Of a stretch of 64,000 nucleotides of DNA, positions 1-9,183 are shown in pieces. The stretch covers positions 384,001 through 448,000 of the forward strand of contig CAXXLQ010000004.1 in the NCBI GenBank assembly GCA_963668695.2. The letters run 5' to 3'. Source of the stretch: Vicinamibacteria bacterium. Lineage in GTDB: Bacteria; Acidobacteriota; Vicinamibacteria; Marinacidobacterales; Marinacidobacteraceae. Within the stretch, counting starts at the first letter, position 1; each line of letters starts with the position of its first letter. The notes beneath the pieces were generated by a model. That model did no database searches. It was not told where the DNA came from and saw nothing but the letters and a program-made list of their open reading frames with translations. Made by a program: the position numbers and the translations under genes.

Positions 1-8
1 AGGGGCTG

Positions 9-2450
9 CTAAAACCGGAACAAACGGGTGAACTTGACGACGAGCGTCCGGTCGCTGAGCCCCGCCAACCCGTCATCCCCGTCGCGGTTCGTGCTGAAGA
101 CGACAAAGAGATCGCTGCCCGGTGAATACTCCCAGCGGAAACGCACGTTCGCGGAAAGTAGCTGCGCCGCCGAGTTGTACTGGACGAGCGCACCCAGGAA
201 GCTCCGGGGCGAGACGGTGTAGCTGGCGCGGAGCCGGCTGACCTGCGCCCGTACCTCGCCGCCGGGCACCTCGATCCAGTTGAGGCTGATGTTCGGCTCG
301 ATGGAAAAGCGCTGGTTCATCTCGGCGCGTCCCCAATAACTCACCTGTTGCCGGGTGCCCCCGAAGAAGTCACCGAACTCGTAGCGGAACATGCCCGAGA
401 AGGAGCGATGGGATCCCATCCGCACCCTTACCCCGGTCCGGGAGAACCGATAGTTGCCGGCGGGGATTCCAACGTCACTCGAGAGGTCGAAACCCTCGAG
501 GAGCCGCTCTTCGGTCACGCTGTGGTCGAACATGAGGCGATCGCTGCTCTCGAAGACGATTCGCGCGTCGACCTGGTACTCGCGGGTCTCCATCTCACCG
601 TCGGGGCGGTCGTAGTTCTTCGCGCCGGCCTTGAACTCGAACTGGCGGATGGCCTTGATGCCGCGGGGGCGCGGCGAGAACTGGAGGCTTCCGGCGTTCT
701 TCGTGAAATCCCGGCGGCGGACGAAGCCCATCCCCGGGTTGAAGTCCTCACCGAGATAGAGACGCTCGGCAGTGACATCGATCAGATCGGTGTCGTAGCG
801 GAACTGGCCCATGTAAGTGGCGGCCTGGTGCCCGCTCTCGACTCCGGGCTCGGTCGTCGCCATGTAGAAGGTGTTGATGCGGATGTTGTCGGTCGGGGCG
901 AAGTTGCCGTCCACGCCGTAGAGCGAATTCGCCCCGGAGCCGCCGGCGCCGACGTTCCGGTGGGTGGCGATCACCCCGATGTTGGAGCGCGAAAGGATGT
1001 CCCGCTTCACCCGGACGGCGCTGAAGTTCGTGCTCTCCACATCAAGGCCGCCCACTTCCCCGGTCTGGATGTTCATGAGGCCCATCGTGTAGGCGCCGGT
1101 GCGGCCGTGAAGCCGGCCGCCCCCGAGAATCGGAACCGCGCTGCCGCCCGAGATGCCGATCGTCCGGCTGAAGAACGGGATGGGAGCGTCGGAGCCGCCT
1201 CCGAAGCCGCGCGACTGCCGGCCGCCAAAGTCGAAGACCCCCTGGCCCTCGAGGAAGAACTCGCGCTTTTCCGGGTAGAACAGGCTGAAGCGGCTCAGGT
1301 TGACCTGGCTCTCGTCGTCTTCGACCTGCGCGAAGTCGGTGTTCCAGGTCACGTCGGCGGTGAGCCCGTCGGTGACGCCGAACTTGAAGTCGCCGCCGAT
1401 GTCGCCCGACCAGTCGTTAAGCACGTCGTTCAGGGGAACGTGGCTCTGCGAGCCGATCGCGTACGGCTTCAGTTCCATCCGCCTGGATCCGGCGGGCGCC
1501 TCGAGACCGACGAGCGTCGCGGCGTTGGAGAGCCGCAGCAGCCCGTTGCGGCTGTACGACTGGGGCGTCGGAGTAAAGAACACCTGTTCGTTGCGGTGCT
1601 TGATGAGGCGGCGGAAGTTGATCCCCCAGAGCTGGGGTCCGCCGGCCGCGTAGCGGAGCGAGCGGAACGGGATCCGGATCTCCACCGTCCACCCGTCCTC
1701 CAGCTGGCGAGTCTTCACCCACCACACGGTGTTCCAATCGCTGTTCGTGTTCCGCTCGTCGGTCACCTGGCCATCGAACAGGGCGCCGAGGGAGTTCGTG
1801 TGGAACAAGAAGCCGTTCCGCCGGTCATAGAAGGTGTCGAGGATGACCGAGAAGCTGTCGTTCCAGCCGACGTTTCGGTGGTCCCGACGCATCTCGCCGG
1901 CCGTCAGCCGCTCCGGGTGGTCCTCTTCCAGCTCGGCGGCGATGTAGAGGCTGTCCGCGTCGTAGAGCACCCAGACGCGCGTGGACTCCGACACCGGAGC
2001 ACCCTCGTCGGGTTCCTGCTGCAGGAATCCTTCTGCCGCCGGGACCTGGTCGTACACCGGGTCATCGAGCACCCCGTCCACGGTGAGCGGCTCGGCGAGC
2101 CGGAACGCGCGGAGCGTTACCCGGCCGCCGGCGTCGCGGCTAACCGCTTCTCCCGCCGCGGGAGCGGGCGGGCCGAGGATCCGCTCGGCCATCGCCGAGC
2201 TGACGGGCGCCTGCTGCGGTTCGGCGAGCCGACCCGCGCCGCGGGGCGAAAGGGCAAGGTCATCCTGATCGTCCTGATCGTCCTGCGTGTCCTGAGTGTT
2301 CTGGACCCGCCGGTCCGAGGGGTGCGGGGCGGGTTCCGCCGGCGTGCGTTCGGCGCCCGCGGCAACGAGTGAACCGCCAGCCAGCAGGAAGAAAAACCCC
2401 GCAGCGGAGGCTCGCCACGCCTTGCGGGCACTCGAGGAAAAGCGAATCAC
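9..2450 (-). CDS. DUF5916 / CBM9-like domain outer-membrane protein (paralog 1)
   Basis: Signal peptide, CBM9-like N-terminus (LTVDGVLDD..VWVLYD..LYIA), NTDFAQVE and YPEKREFFLEG motifs, C-terminal Phe typical of beta-barrels. Confidence 0.85.
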   Translation of the reverse strand: MIRFSSSARKAWRASAAGFFFLLAGGSLVAAGAERTPAEPAPHPSDRRVQNTQDTQDDQDDQDDLALSPRGAGRLAEPQQAPVSSAMAERILGPPAPAAGEAVSRDAGGRVTLRAFRLAEPLTVDGVLDDPVYDQVPAAEGFLQQEPDEGAPVSESTRVWVLYDADSLYIAAELEEDHPERLTAGEMRRDHRNVGWNDSFSVILDTFYDRRNGFLFHTNSLGALFDGQVTDERNTNSDWNTVWWVKTRQLEDGWTVEIRIPFRSLRYAAGGPQLWGINFRRLIKHRNEQVFFTPTPQSYSRNGLLRLSNAATLVGLEAPAGSRRMELKPYAIGSQSHVPLNDVLNDWSGDIGGDFKFGVTDGLTADVTWNTDFAQVEDDESQVNLSRFSLFYPEKREFFLEGQGVFDFGGRQSRGFGGGSDAPIPFFSRTIGISGGSAVPILGGGRLHGRTGAYTMGLMNIQTGEVGGLDVESTNFSAVRVKRDILSRSNIGVIATHRNVGAGGSGANSLYGVDGNFAPTDNIRINTFYMATTEPGVESGHQAATYMGQFRYDTDLIDVTAERLYLGEDFNPGMGFVRRRDFTKNAGSLQFSPRPRGIKAIRQFEFKAGAKNYDRPDGEMETREYQVDARIVFESSDRLMFDHSVTEERLLEGFDLSSDVGIPAGNYRFSRTGVRVRMGSHRSFSGMFRYEFGDFFGGTRQQVSYWGRAEMNQRFSIEPNISLNWIEVPGGEVRAQVSRLRASYTVSPRSFLGALVQYNSAAQLLSANVRFRWEYSPGSDLFVVFSTNRDGDDGLAGLSDRTLVVKFTRLFRF

Positions 2451-2656
2451 GGGAGCCGACGATCAGACAATTGGAATTCGAAGACCAACGAACAGACTAC
2501 CGGAAAGGTTCCGTCCATTCCGAGCGTCCTCCGGGGGTAGCGGAGATCCTGGGCTCGCCGCAAAACGAGCCCTTCTCCCGAACGAGGCGTGACGCGGAAC
2601 CGGGGAGAGACGTGGGGGAGGGGCGGCGGAACCCGGGAGCCGGTCCGAAGTCCCTT

Positions 2657-5110
2657 TCAGAAGCGGAACAGGCGGGTGAACTTGACGACGAGCGTCCGGT
2701 CGCTGAGACCGGAGAGCCCGTCATCCCCGTCGCGGTTCGTGCTGAAGACCACGAACAGGTCGCTACCGGGCGAGTATTCCCAGCGGAAACGGACGTTCGC
2801 GGACATCAGTTGCGCCGCCGAGTTGTACTGGACGAGCGCGCCCAGGAAGCTGCGGGGCGAGACGGTGTACGTCGCGCGGAGATAGCTCACGGTCGCCCGC
2901 ACGTCACCCTGGGGGACGGTGATCCAGTTCAGGCTGACGTTCGGCTCGACGGAAAAGCGCTGGGTGAGCTCGGCGCGTCCCATGTAGCTCACTTCCTGCC
3001 GGCTCCCCCCGAAGAAATCGCCGAACTCGTAACGCAAAAAGCCCGATAACGGGCGGTGGGATCCCATTCTCAACCGTACCCCGGTGCGGGCGAAACGGTA
3101 GTTGCCGGCGGGCACTCCGACCTCGCTGGAGAGGTCGAACCCCCCGAGCAGACGCTCTTCGGTCACGGTGTGGTCGAGGAAGATGCGGTCGCTGCTCTCC
3201 AGAACGGCCCTCGCCTCGAACTTGTATTCCCGCGTCTCCATCTCGCCGTCGGGACGGTCGTAGTTGTTCGCGTCCACCTTGAACTCGAACTGGCGGATCG
3301 CCTTGATGCCGCGGGGGCGCGGCGAGAACTGGAACGAAGCGCCGTTCTTCGTGAAGTCGCTCCGGCGGAGGAAACCCATCCCGGGATTGAAGTCCTCGCC
3401 GAGGTAGAGGCGTTCGGCGGTGACATCGATCAGGTCGGTGTCGTAGCGGAACTGGCCCAGGTAGCTGGCAGCCTGACGGCCGGTGTCCACCCCGGGCTCG
3501 CTGGTCGCCATGTAGAAGGTGTTGATCCGGATGTGATCGGTCGGGTTGAAGACTCCGTCCACGCCGTAGAGCGAGTTGGAACCGGTGCCGGCGGCGTTCA
3601 GGCTCCGATGGGTGGCGATCACCCCGATGTTGGAGCGCGAGAAGATGTCCCGCTTCATCCGGAAGGCGCTGAAGTTCGTGGACTCCACGTCGAGGCCGGG
3701 CACGTCGCCGGCCTGGATGTTCATGAGCCCCATCTGGTAGGCGCCGGCGCGGCCGTGGAGGCGGGCGCCCCCGAGAATCGGCACCGCGCTGCCGCCCGAG
3801 ATGCCGATCGACCGGCTGAAGAACGGGATGGGAGCATCGTTGGAGCCGCCTCCGAAGGCGCGGGCGCGGGTTTGCCGGCCGCCGAAGTCGAAGACCCCCT
3901 GCCCCTCGAGGAAGAACTCGCGCTTTTCCGGGAAGAAGAGACTGAAGCGGCTCAGGTTGATCTGGGTCTCGTCGTCCTCGACCTGCGCGAAGTCGGTATT
4001 CCAGGTGATGTCGGCGGTAAGCCCGTCGGTGACGCCGAACTTGAAGTCGGCGCCGATATCGCCGGACCACTCGTTGTCGATGTCCCGCAGGGGAACGTGG
4101 CTCTGGGATCCGATCGCGTACGGCTTCAGTTCCATTCTTCGCGAGCCGGGGGGCGCCTCGAGGCCAACGAGCGTCGCCGCGTTGGAGAGACGGGTCAATC
4201 CGTCGCGGCTGTAGGCCTGGGGCGTCGGGGTGAAGAAGGCCTGTTCGTTTCGGTGCTTGATGCGGCGGCGGAAGTTGATCCCCCAGAGCTGGGCGCCGCC
4301 GGCCGCATAACGCAGCGAGCGGAACGGGATTCGGATCTCCACGGTGTACCTGTCGTCGAGAAGGTGGCTCTTCACCCACCAGACCGTGTTCCAGTCGGCG
4401 TTTACGTTTCGTTCGTCGGTCACCTGCGCGTCGAACAGGGCGCCCAGCACGTTCGTGTGGAAGAGGACGCCGTTCCGGCGGTCGTAGAAGGTGTCGATGA
4501 TGACCGAGAAGCTGTCGCCCCAGTCGATGTTCCGCGCGTCGCGGCGCATCTCGTTGGCCATCAGGCGCTCCGGATGGTCTTCTTCGAGTTCGGCGGCGAT
4601 GTAGAGGCTGTCCGTGTCGTAGAGCACCCAGACGCGGGTGCCCTCCGAGGCGGCCGCACCTTCGTCGGGCTCTTGCTGGACAAACCCCTCGGCTGCGGGC
4701 ACCTGGTCGTACACCGGGTCGTCGAGGATCCCGTCCACGGTGAGCGGCTCGGCGAGCCGGAAGGCGCGGAGGGTTACCCGGCCGTCGGCGTCCCGGCTGA
4801 CGGCTTCTCCCGCCGCGGGGGCGGGTGGCCCGAGGATCCGCCCGGCCAGGTCCGAGTCAAGGGCCCCCTGCGGCGTCTCGGCGAGCCGGCCGGCGCCGCG
4901 GGGCGAAAGGGCGAGGTCATCCTGAGTGTCCTGCGCGTCCTGCGCGTCCTGCGCGTCTTGGGCCCGCCGGTCCGAGGAGTGCGGGGCGGGGGGTCCCAGC
5001 GGCGTTCGTTCGGCGCCCGCGGCAACGACGGCGCCTCCAGCCAGCAGGAAGAAAAACCCTGCGATGGAGGATCGCAATACCTTGCGCGAAGTTGGGAAAA
5101 GGCGAACCAC
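2657..5110 (-). CDS. DUF5916 / CBM9-like domain outer-membrane protein (paralog 2)
   Basis: Colinear, highly similar tandem paralog of 9..2450 with the same motifs. Confidence 0.85.
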   Translation of the reverse strand: MVRLFPTSRKVLRSSIAGFFFLLAGGAVVAAGAERTPLGPPAPHSSDRRAQDAQDAQDAQDTQDDLALSPRGAGRLAETPQGALDSDLAGRILGPPAPAAGEAVSRDADGRVTLRAFRLAEPLTVDGILDDPVYDQVPAAEGFVQQEPDEGAAASEGTRVWVLYDTDSLYIAAELEEDHPERLMANEMRRDARNIDWGDSFSVIIDTFYDRRNGVLFHTNVLGALFDAQVTDERNVNADWNTVWWVKSHLLDDRYTVEIRIPFRSLRYAAGGAQLWGINFRRRIKHRNEQAFFTPTPQAYSRDGLTRLSNAATLVGLEAPPGSRRMELKPYAIGSQSHVPLRDIDNEWSGDIGADFKFGVTDGLTADITWNTDFAQVEDDETQINLSRFSLFFPEKREFFLEGQGVFDFGGRQTRARAFGGGSNDAPIPFFSRSIGISGGSAVPILGGARLHGRAGAYQMGLMNIQAGDVPGLDVESTNFSAFRMKRDIFSRSNIGVIATHRSLNAAGTGSNSLYGVDGVFNPTDHIRINTFYMATSEPGVDTGRQAASYLGQFRYDTDLIDVTAERLYLGEDFNPGMGFLRRSDFTKNGASFQFSPRPRGIKAIRQFEFKVDANNYDRPDGEMETREYKFEARAVLESSDRIFLDHTVTEERLLGGFDLSSEVGVPAGNYRFARTGVRLRMGSHRPLSGFLRYEFGDFFGGSRQEVSYMGRAELTQRFSVEPNVSLNWITVPQGDVRATVSYLRATYTVSPRSFLGALVQYNSAAQLMSANVRFRWEYSPGSDLFVVFSTNRDGDDGLSGLSDRTLVVKFTRLFRF

Positions 5111-5293
5111 GGGAGCCGGCGCTCGGAATGGGGAATTCGGAAACCGCCCAACAGGCTACCGGAAAAATTAGGTAGCTTCGAACGCGTTCCGGAGGGTTCT
5201 GGACCAAGCTCCCGCCCGGGCTCGCGCCCGCCTTCGGCAGGCGATTTCGACTGAGGGAGCACCTGCCACCCGCCCCCGCTACAGTCGTCAGCA

Positions 5294-6410
5294 GTGAGTG
5301 TCGCCGAACCCGTCATCGGGGCCTCCGACCACTACGCGAGGGCCGAGCTGGTCACCCTCGCGGTAGCAGACTCCGCTCTCGTCTTCCTCGATCGCCGGCG
5401 CGTCGAGCTGATCGACAAGGGCCTCCCGAAGGGTCTCCCGAGCGCGCCCTACCACCACGAGGCCTTGGAGCTGGACATCCGAGCGGCAACCGACCTCGTG
5501 AACCGGGTGAGGCGATCGGTAGCGGAACACGCGAGCGCGGCGATCTCGACGATGCTCGCGACCTTTCGGGCCCGGGTGCTGATCCTGCCCGCGAGTCCGT
5601 ATGACAGCTTGCCCGACTCGCTCGAGGAGGTCCTGAGGTCACGTCCTTTAACAGCCTGTGGTGGAACCCGCGTGAGCGCCGAGGCTGGCCAGTCTCCCGG
5701 TGGGGGCGAGGCCCAGTTCTCCCGGTGGGGGTCCGGCTGACAAGGCGCGTGAGGGAGGAGCCCCCACCGGGAGAACTGGCCCGAGTGTATTTCGACCGAA
5801 ACGCAACGATGAGCGGCGCGAAGCGACGCGGTGAACAGCCGGTGGTGGAACCCGCGTGAGCGCCGAGGCCGGCCAGTTCTCCCGGTGGGGGCGAGACGCC
5901 CGGCTGGCAAGGCGCGTGAGGAAGGAGCCCCCACCGGGAGAACTGGCCCGGGTGTATTTCGACCGAAACGCAACGATGAGCGGCGCGAAGCGACGCGGTC
6001 AGCCGGGATGGATCGCCGGCCGAGCCCCCACCGGGAGAACTGGGCCGCGTGGGTTTCATCACAGGCTGTTTGGCCGGGATGGATCGCCGGCCGAGCCCCC
6101 ACCGGGAGAACTGGGCCGCGTGGGTTTCACCACCGGCTGTTAACCCTGGCCGCCGACGGGATGCTGTACCGCGAGTCCCTAGCCCAGGCGGCGGCCGAAC
6201 GCGGCATTCGAACGCGGCATCGAGGTCCGGAGGTACCCGCGCCGGACGGACCCGGCGGTACTGGCGGCCGAGGCAATGGGGGTCGACGTATCCGAGGTCA
6301 TCTCGCTCATCGCCCGGTTCGGCCGAGAGGCGGGAACGCCGTGGCGCAAGGACCACAAGACGGCTGCTGCTGCTGCCCTCAGCGTCCTCGGGCGTCAGAT
6401 TCGTCGCTGA
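5294..6410 (+). pseudogene. Hypothetical protein gene disrupted by a nested MITE and a 13-bp duplication
   Basis: Reads ...EEVLRSRPL up to TTAA at 5648 and resumes LTLAADGMLYRESLAQAAAERGI after TTAA at 6140; a 13-bp tandem duplication near 6197-6221 shifts frame to EVRRYPRR...GTPWRKDHK...RR* (stop 6408-6410). Confidence 0.7.
5652..6139 (+). mobile_element. Nested double MITE (inner copy 5836-6068)
   Basis: Terminal inverted repeats CAGCCTGTGGTGGAACCC...GGGTTTCACCACCGGCTG flanked by TTAA on both sides; a second copy of the same element lies inside. Confidence 0.85.
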
Positions 6411-6499
6411 CCCCAAGAGTCAGCTCAAGTAAGCGAGCTCCTGCCTGGCGAAACGGCTGGATCAGGACCGGCCGAACCGAAGCGGGACCGCTACTGCCC

Positions 6500-6751
6500 C
6501 TACGGAATACGGTCCTCGGGCGCCGGAGGCTGCCCACCGTCGCGCCGCAGCAGTCGGCGCGCGACCTCGATCTCCGCTCCGGCCGCGCGGTCGGTGAAGA
6601 ACTCGGCGGTCTTCATGACGGACAGCTTCTCCGCCACCGCCGTCGCCACGAACTGGTTGATGCTCGTGCCGTCGGCCCGGCTCACCTCGGCAACGGCCGC
6701 CTTCAGCGACGCCGGCAGGCGCAGGGGATAGGTGCTGAGTTGCTTCTTCAT
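6500..6751 (-). CDS. RHH / HicB-like antitoxin
   Basis: 83 aa with YPLRLPASLK...GTSINQFVATAVAEK; ATGA overlap with the upstream PIN gene. Confidence 0.8.
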   Translation of the reverse strand: MKKQLSTYPLRLPASLKAAVAEVSRADGTSINQFVATAVAEKLSVMKTAEFFTDRAAGAEIEVARRLLRRDGGQPPAPEDRIP

Positions 6752-7170
6752 GACGGGAGTCTCCTCAAGGCGTCCTGCGGCGAGAGCAGGGCGGTGCCAA
6801 AGCGTCCGGGCGCCTGACCGAAGTCCTGACGGTTGAAAGTGACCAGCGCGTCGGCCCCGCCGTTGATGGCGGCGTCCAGCACCATCTCATCCGCAGGATC
6901 GTGTAGCTGCGGCCGCCAGAGGTACCCGGTTTCAACCGGCTCCGCAACGGCGCACAGCGCTTTCACGATGGCTTCCACCTCGACCTCGCTCAGCCCGGAC
7001 ACGATCCTCTGCGCCGGATCGCGGCACACGGCCTCGTATTCCAGCACGAGCGCTACGGACAGCAGCAGCACGAACGCTCCACTCAGGGCGCGATCCGTCA
7101 ACGCCGCCGACGCGCCTTTCGGACTGCGCAGACCGGCGACGATGATGTTGGTGTCAAGCACATATCGCAT
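6748..7170 (-). CDS. PIN-domain toxin
   Basis: VLDTNIIV, LEYE, DPADEMVLDAA and LVTFN acidic PIN motifs. Confidence 0.85.
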   Translation of the reverse strand: MRYVLDTNIIVAGLRSPKGASAALTDRALSGAFVLLLSVALVLEYEAVCRDPAQRIVSGLSEVEVEAIVKALCAVAEPVETGYLWRPQLHDPADEMVLDAAINGGADALVTFNRQDFGQAPGRFGTALLSPQDALRRLPS

Positions 7171-7180
7171 CATATATGAT
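7169..7180. promoter_or_regulatory. Putative TA operator palindrome ATCATATATGAT
   Basis: Perfect 12-bp AT-rich palindrome at the toxin start in GC-rich DNA. Confidence 0.5.
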
Positions 7181-7395
7181 GTCATATCTTATCAGATATC
7201 AGACGCCTGCGGCGCACCTGTGGGGTGTCGGCGGAGGGGGTGGACATTTCCGGGCCGGCGCGATCCTCCACCGGGTTTGGTGGGCTGCGGTTCTCCCAAA
7301 GACGTAAGAGTCGGTGTCTCTTGAAGGCGTTCCCGCTGTAGAGCGCCTTGAGGGATGCTCAGATGAACGCGTTTCGCACGCCTGCGGCGTGCGGT

Positions 7396-7413
7396 GCCGG
7401 TCTGAAGACCGGC
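7396..7413. repeat. REP-like palindrome GCCGGTCTGAAGACCGGC (empty allele)
   Basis: The same hairpin, or variants of it, recurs at 12396, 18603, 38774, 47030 and 49888. Confidence 0.75.
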
Positions 7414-7807
7414 GTTCCCTCTCCCATATTCCGGCTGGCGGAGTAGCGGTGGCGGAGCGCCAAGCAAGCGAAAAAACGAAATGGCGGCGAACCGGAGGTT
7501 CGCCGCCCGCATGACCGGGGGGAAAGTGTGAAAGGGGGGCACCCCCCTTTCACAAATTGACAGCGCAAAATCGAAACTCGCCGCAGTGCGCCGCAGGCGC
7601 GCAAGGGAGTTGCGATTCCCGAGCCAGGAGCGGTTGGGAGTCGGGTTCCCCGACCTCCAACCCTCCTGCTCCGGGGTCTCCGTGCGGCTCCCGCCGCACT
7701 TCGGAAGTCCGGCGCGAAGCGCCGGGCCGGCCCTGAGCGGGGTCTTGCCAAATCAGCCCCGTGGCACCGTGCACGAAACCGGACGGCGACCCCGCTCAGG
7801 GCCGGCG

Positions 7808-7882
7808 TGGTGCGCGGTGCAGGATTTGAACCTGCGACCACCTGCGTGTAAGGCAGGCGCTCTCCCGCTGAGCTAACCGCGC
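7808..7882 (-). tRNA. tRNA-Val(TAC)
   Basis: Reverse complement GCGCGGTTAGCTCAGCGGGAGAGCGCCTGCCTTACACGCAGGTGGTCGCAGGTTCAAATCCTGCACCGCGCACCA forms a cloverleaf with anticodon TAC and an encoded CCA. Confidence 0.95.
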
Positions 7883-8043
7883 ATTCCCGGCATTCTCGCA
7901 GCAACCGGGATGGCGGTCCATACGGTCCGGGTCCCGGTTCCGGGCGGATTCGGCGATGAAGAGTTTGGGGCGCGGCCGCGTAGTTCCCTAGTGAAAGCCC
8001 GAAGTCCGGAACCACCGGCCCGGGTGATCCGTTAGGAGAAGCC

Positions 8044-9138
8044 ATGAAGCGAACACTGTTTGTCGTGCTGGCGGCAGCCGCGGTCCTGGGCGGCGCGGGC
8101 CTCGTCGTCCCCCTGCTGCTGTCCGGGACCGAAACGAGCGAGGCGAGCGATATCACCGCGGGCGCCGAAGAGACCACCCGGACGCCGGTGAGCGTCGCCG
8201 AAGCCCGGCTCGGCCCGGTCACCCTCCATCTCGCGACCACCTCGGCGGTCGAGGCCGAACGCACCGCGCAGGTGTTCTCCGAGACCTCCGGAGTCCTCAC
8301 CGAGATCCGGGTCCGCGAGGGCGATTCGGTCGCCGCCGGTGACGTGCTGGCCCGGGTGGACGCCCGCGAGCGCCGGCTCGCGTTCCAGCAGGCCGATCTC
8401 CGGCTCTCGCGGGCCGATGCGGAACTCTCGAGGCAGAAGCGGGCGTTCGAACAGGACCTGGTCTCCGAGTGGGACTACGAGAAGGCGCGCTTCGATCGCG
8501 ACCTCGCCGCCTCGGAACTGGAAACCGCTCGGCTGGAGCTGGAACGGACCGAGATCCGCGCTCCCTTCGCGGGCAAGGTCACCGAGCTCCTGCTGGTCGA
8601 GGGCGGCCGGCTCGAGCCCGCGCAGCACCTGCTGACGCTGGCCGACTTCGACACTCTGGTGGCGCGGCTCTATGTCCCGGAGCGGGACGTGATCGGTCTG
8701 GCGCCGGGTCTGCCGGCGGTGGTCCGGCGGGAGTCGGACGCGAGCGGGAGCGGCCTGGTGGGACGGGTCCGGGAGGTCAGCCCGGTGGTGGACCGCAACA
8801 CCGGCACCGTGAAGGTGACCGTCGCGCTTCCGCGCCCGGCGGGGGCGGTCATCCGTCCCGGCTCCTTCGCCCGCGTGGTCATCGAGACCGGCCGGCGTGA
8901 GAACGCAGTGCTGGTTCCGAAGCGGGCGATCATCCAGAGCGAGGGCGGCGCCCACGTCTTCGTGGTCGAGGACGGCCGCGCGGTGCGGCGCGAAGTGACC
9001 GTAGGGATCGAGATGGAGAGCCCCGAGGGGGCGCTCATCGAACTGCTGGACGGGCTCGAGGCGGGAGCGCGCGTGGTGGTTGCCGGCCACGGCGCGCTGA
9101 CCCCGGGCGACTTGGTCCAAATCCTGAACGGCAACTGA
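8044..9138 (+). CDS. RND efflux periplasmic adaptor (membrane fusion protein)
   Basis: N-terminal anchor, VREGDSV..G and IRAPFAG lipoyl halves, SPVVD..TGT motif; RBS AGGAG. Confidence 0.9.
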   Translation: MKRTLFVVLAAAAVLGGAGLVVPLLLSGTETSEASDITAGAEETTRTPVSVAEARLGPVTLHLATTSAVEAERTAQVFSETSGVLTEIRVREGDSVAAGDVLARVDARERRLAFQQADLRLSRADAELSRQKRAFEQDLVSEWDYEKARFDRDLAASELETARLELERTEIRAPFAGKVTELLLVEGGRLEPAQHLLTLADFDTLVARLYVPERDVIGLAPGLPAVVRRESDASGSGLVGRVREVSPVVDRNTGTVKVTVALPRPAGAVIRPGSFARVVIETGRRENAVLVPKRAIIQSEGGAHVFVVEDGRAVRREVTVGIEMESPEGALIELLDGLEAGARVVVAGHGALTPGDLVQILNGN

Positions 9139-9183
9139 TTCACCGGACGGATTCCGGACTGCCAACCCCGTGAAATCAGCCCC

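Noticed and set aside
5352-6817. ORFs containing PHRENW, QFSRWG or PPPGEL peptides across MITEs (also near 26.1-27.4, 34.5-35.0 and 61.1-61.5 kb)
   Set aside because: They are translations of the repeat elements, not genes.
7808-7882. tRNA-Val as an integration site for an island
   Set aside because: I saw no duplicated tRNA 3' end and no integrase in the window.
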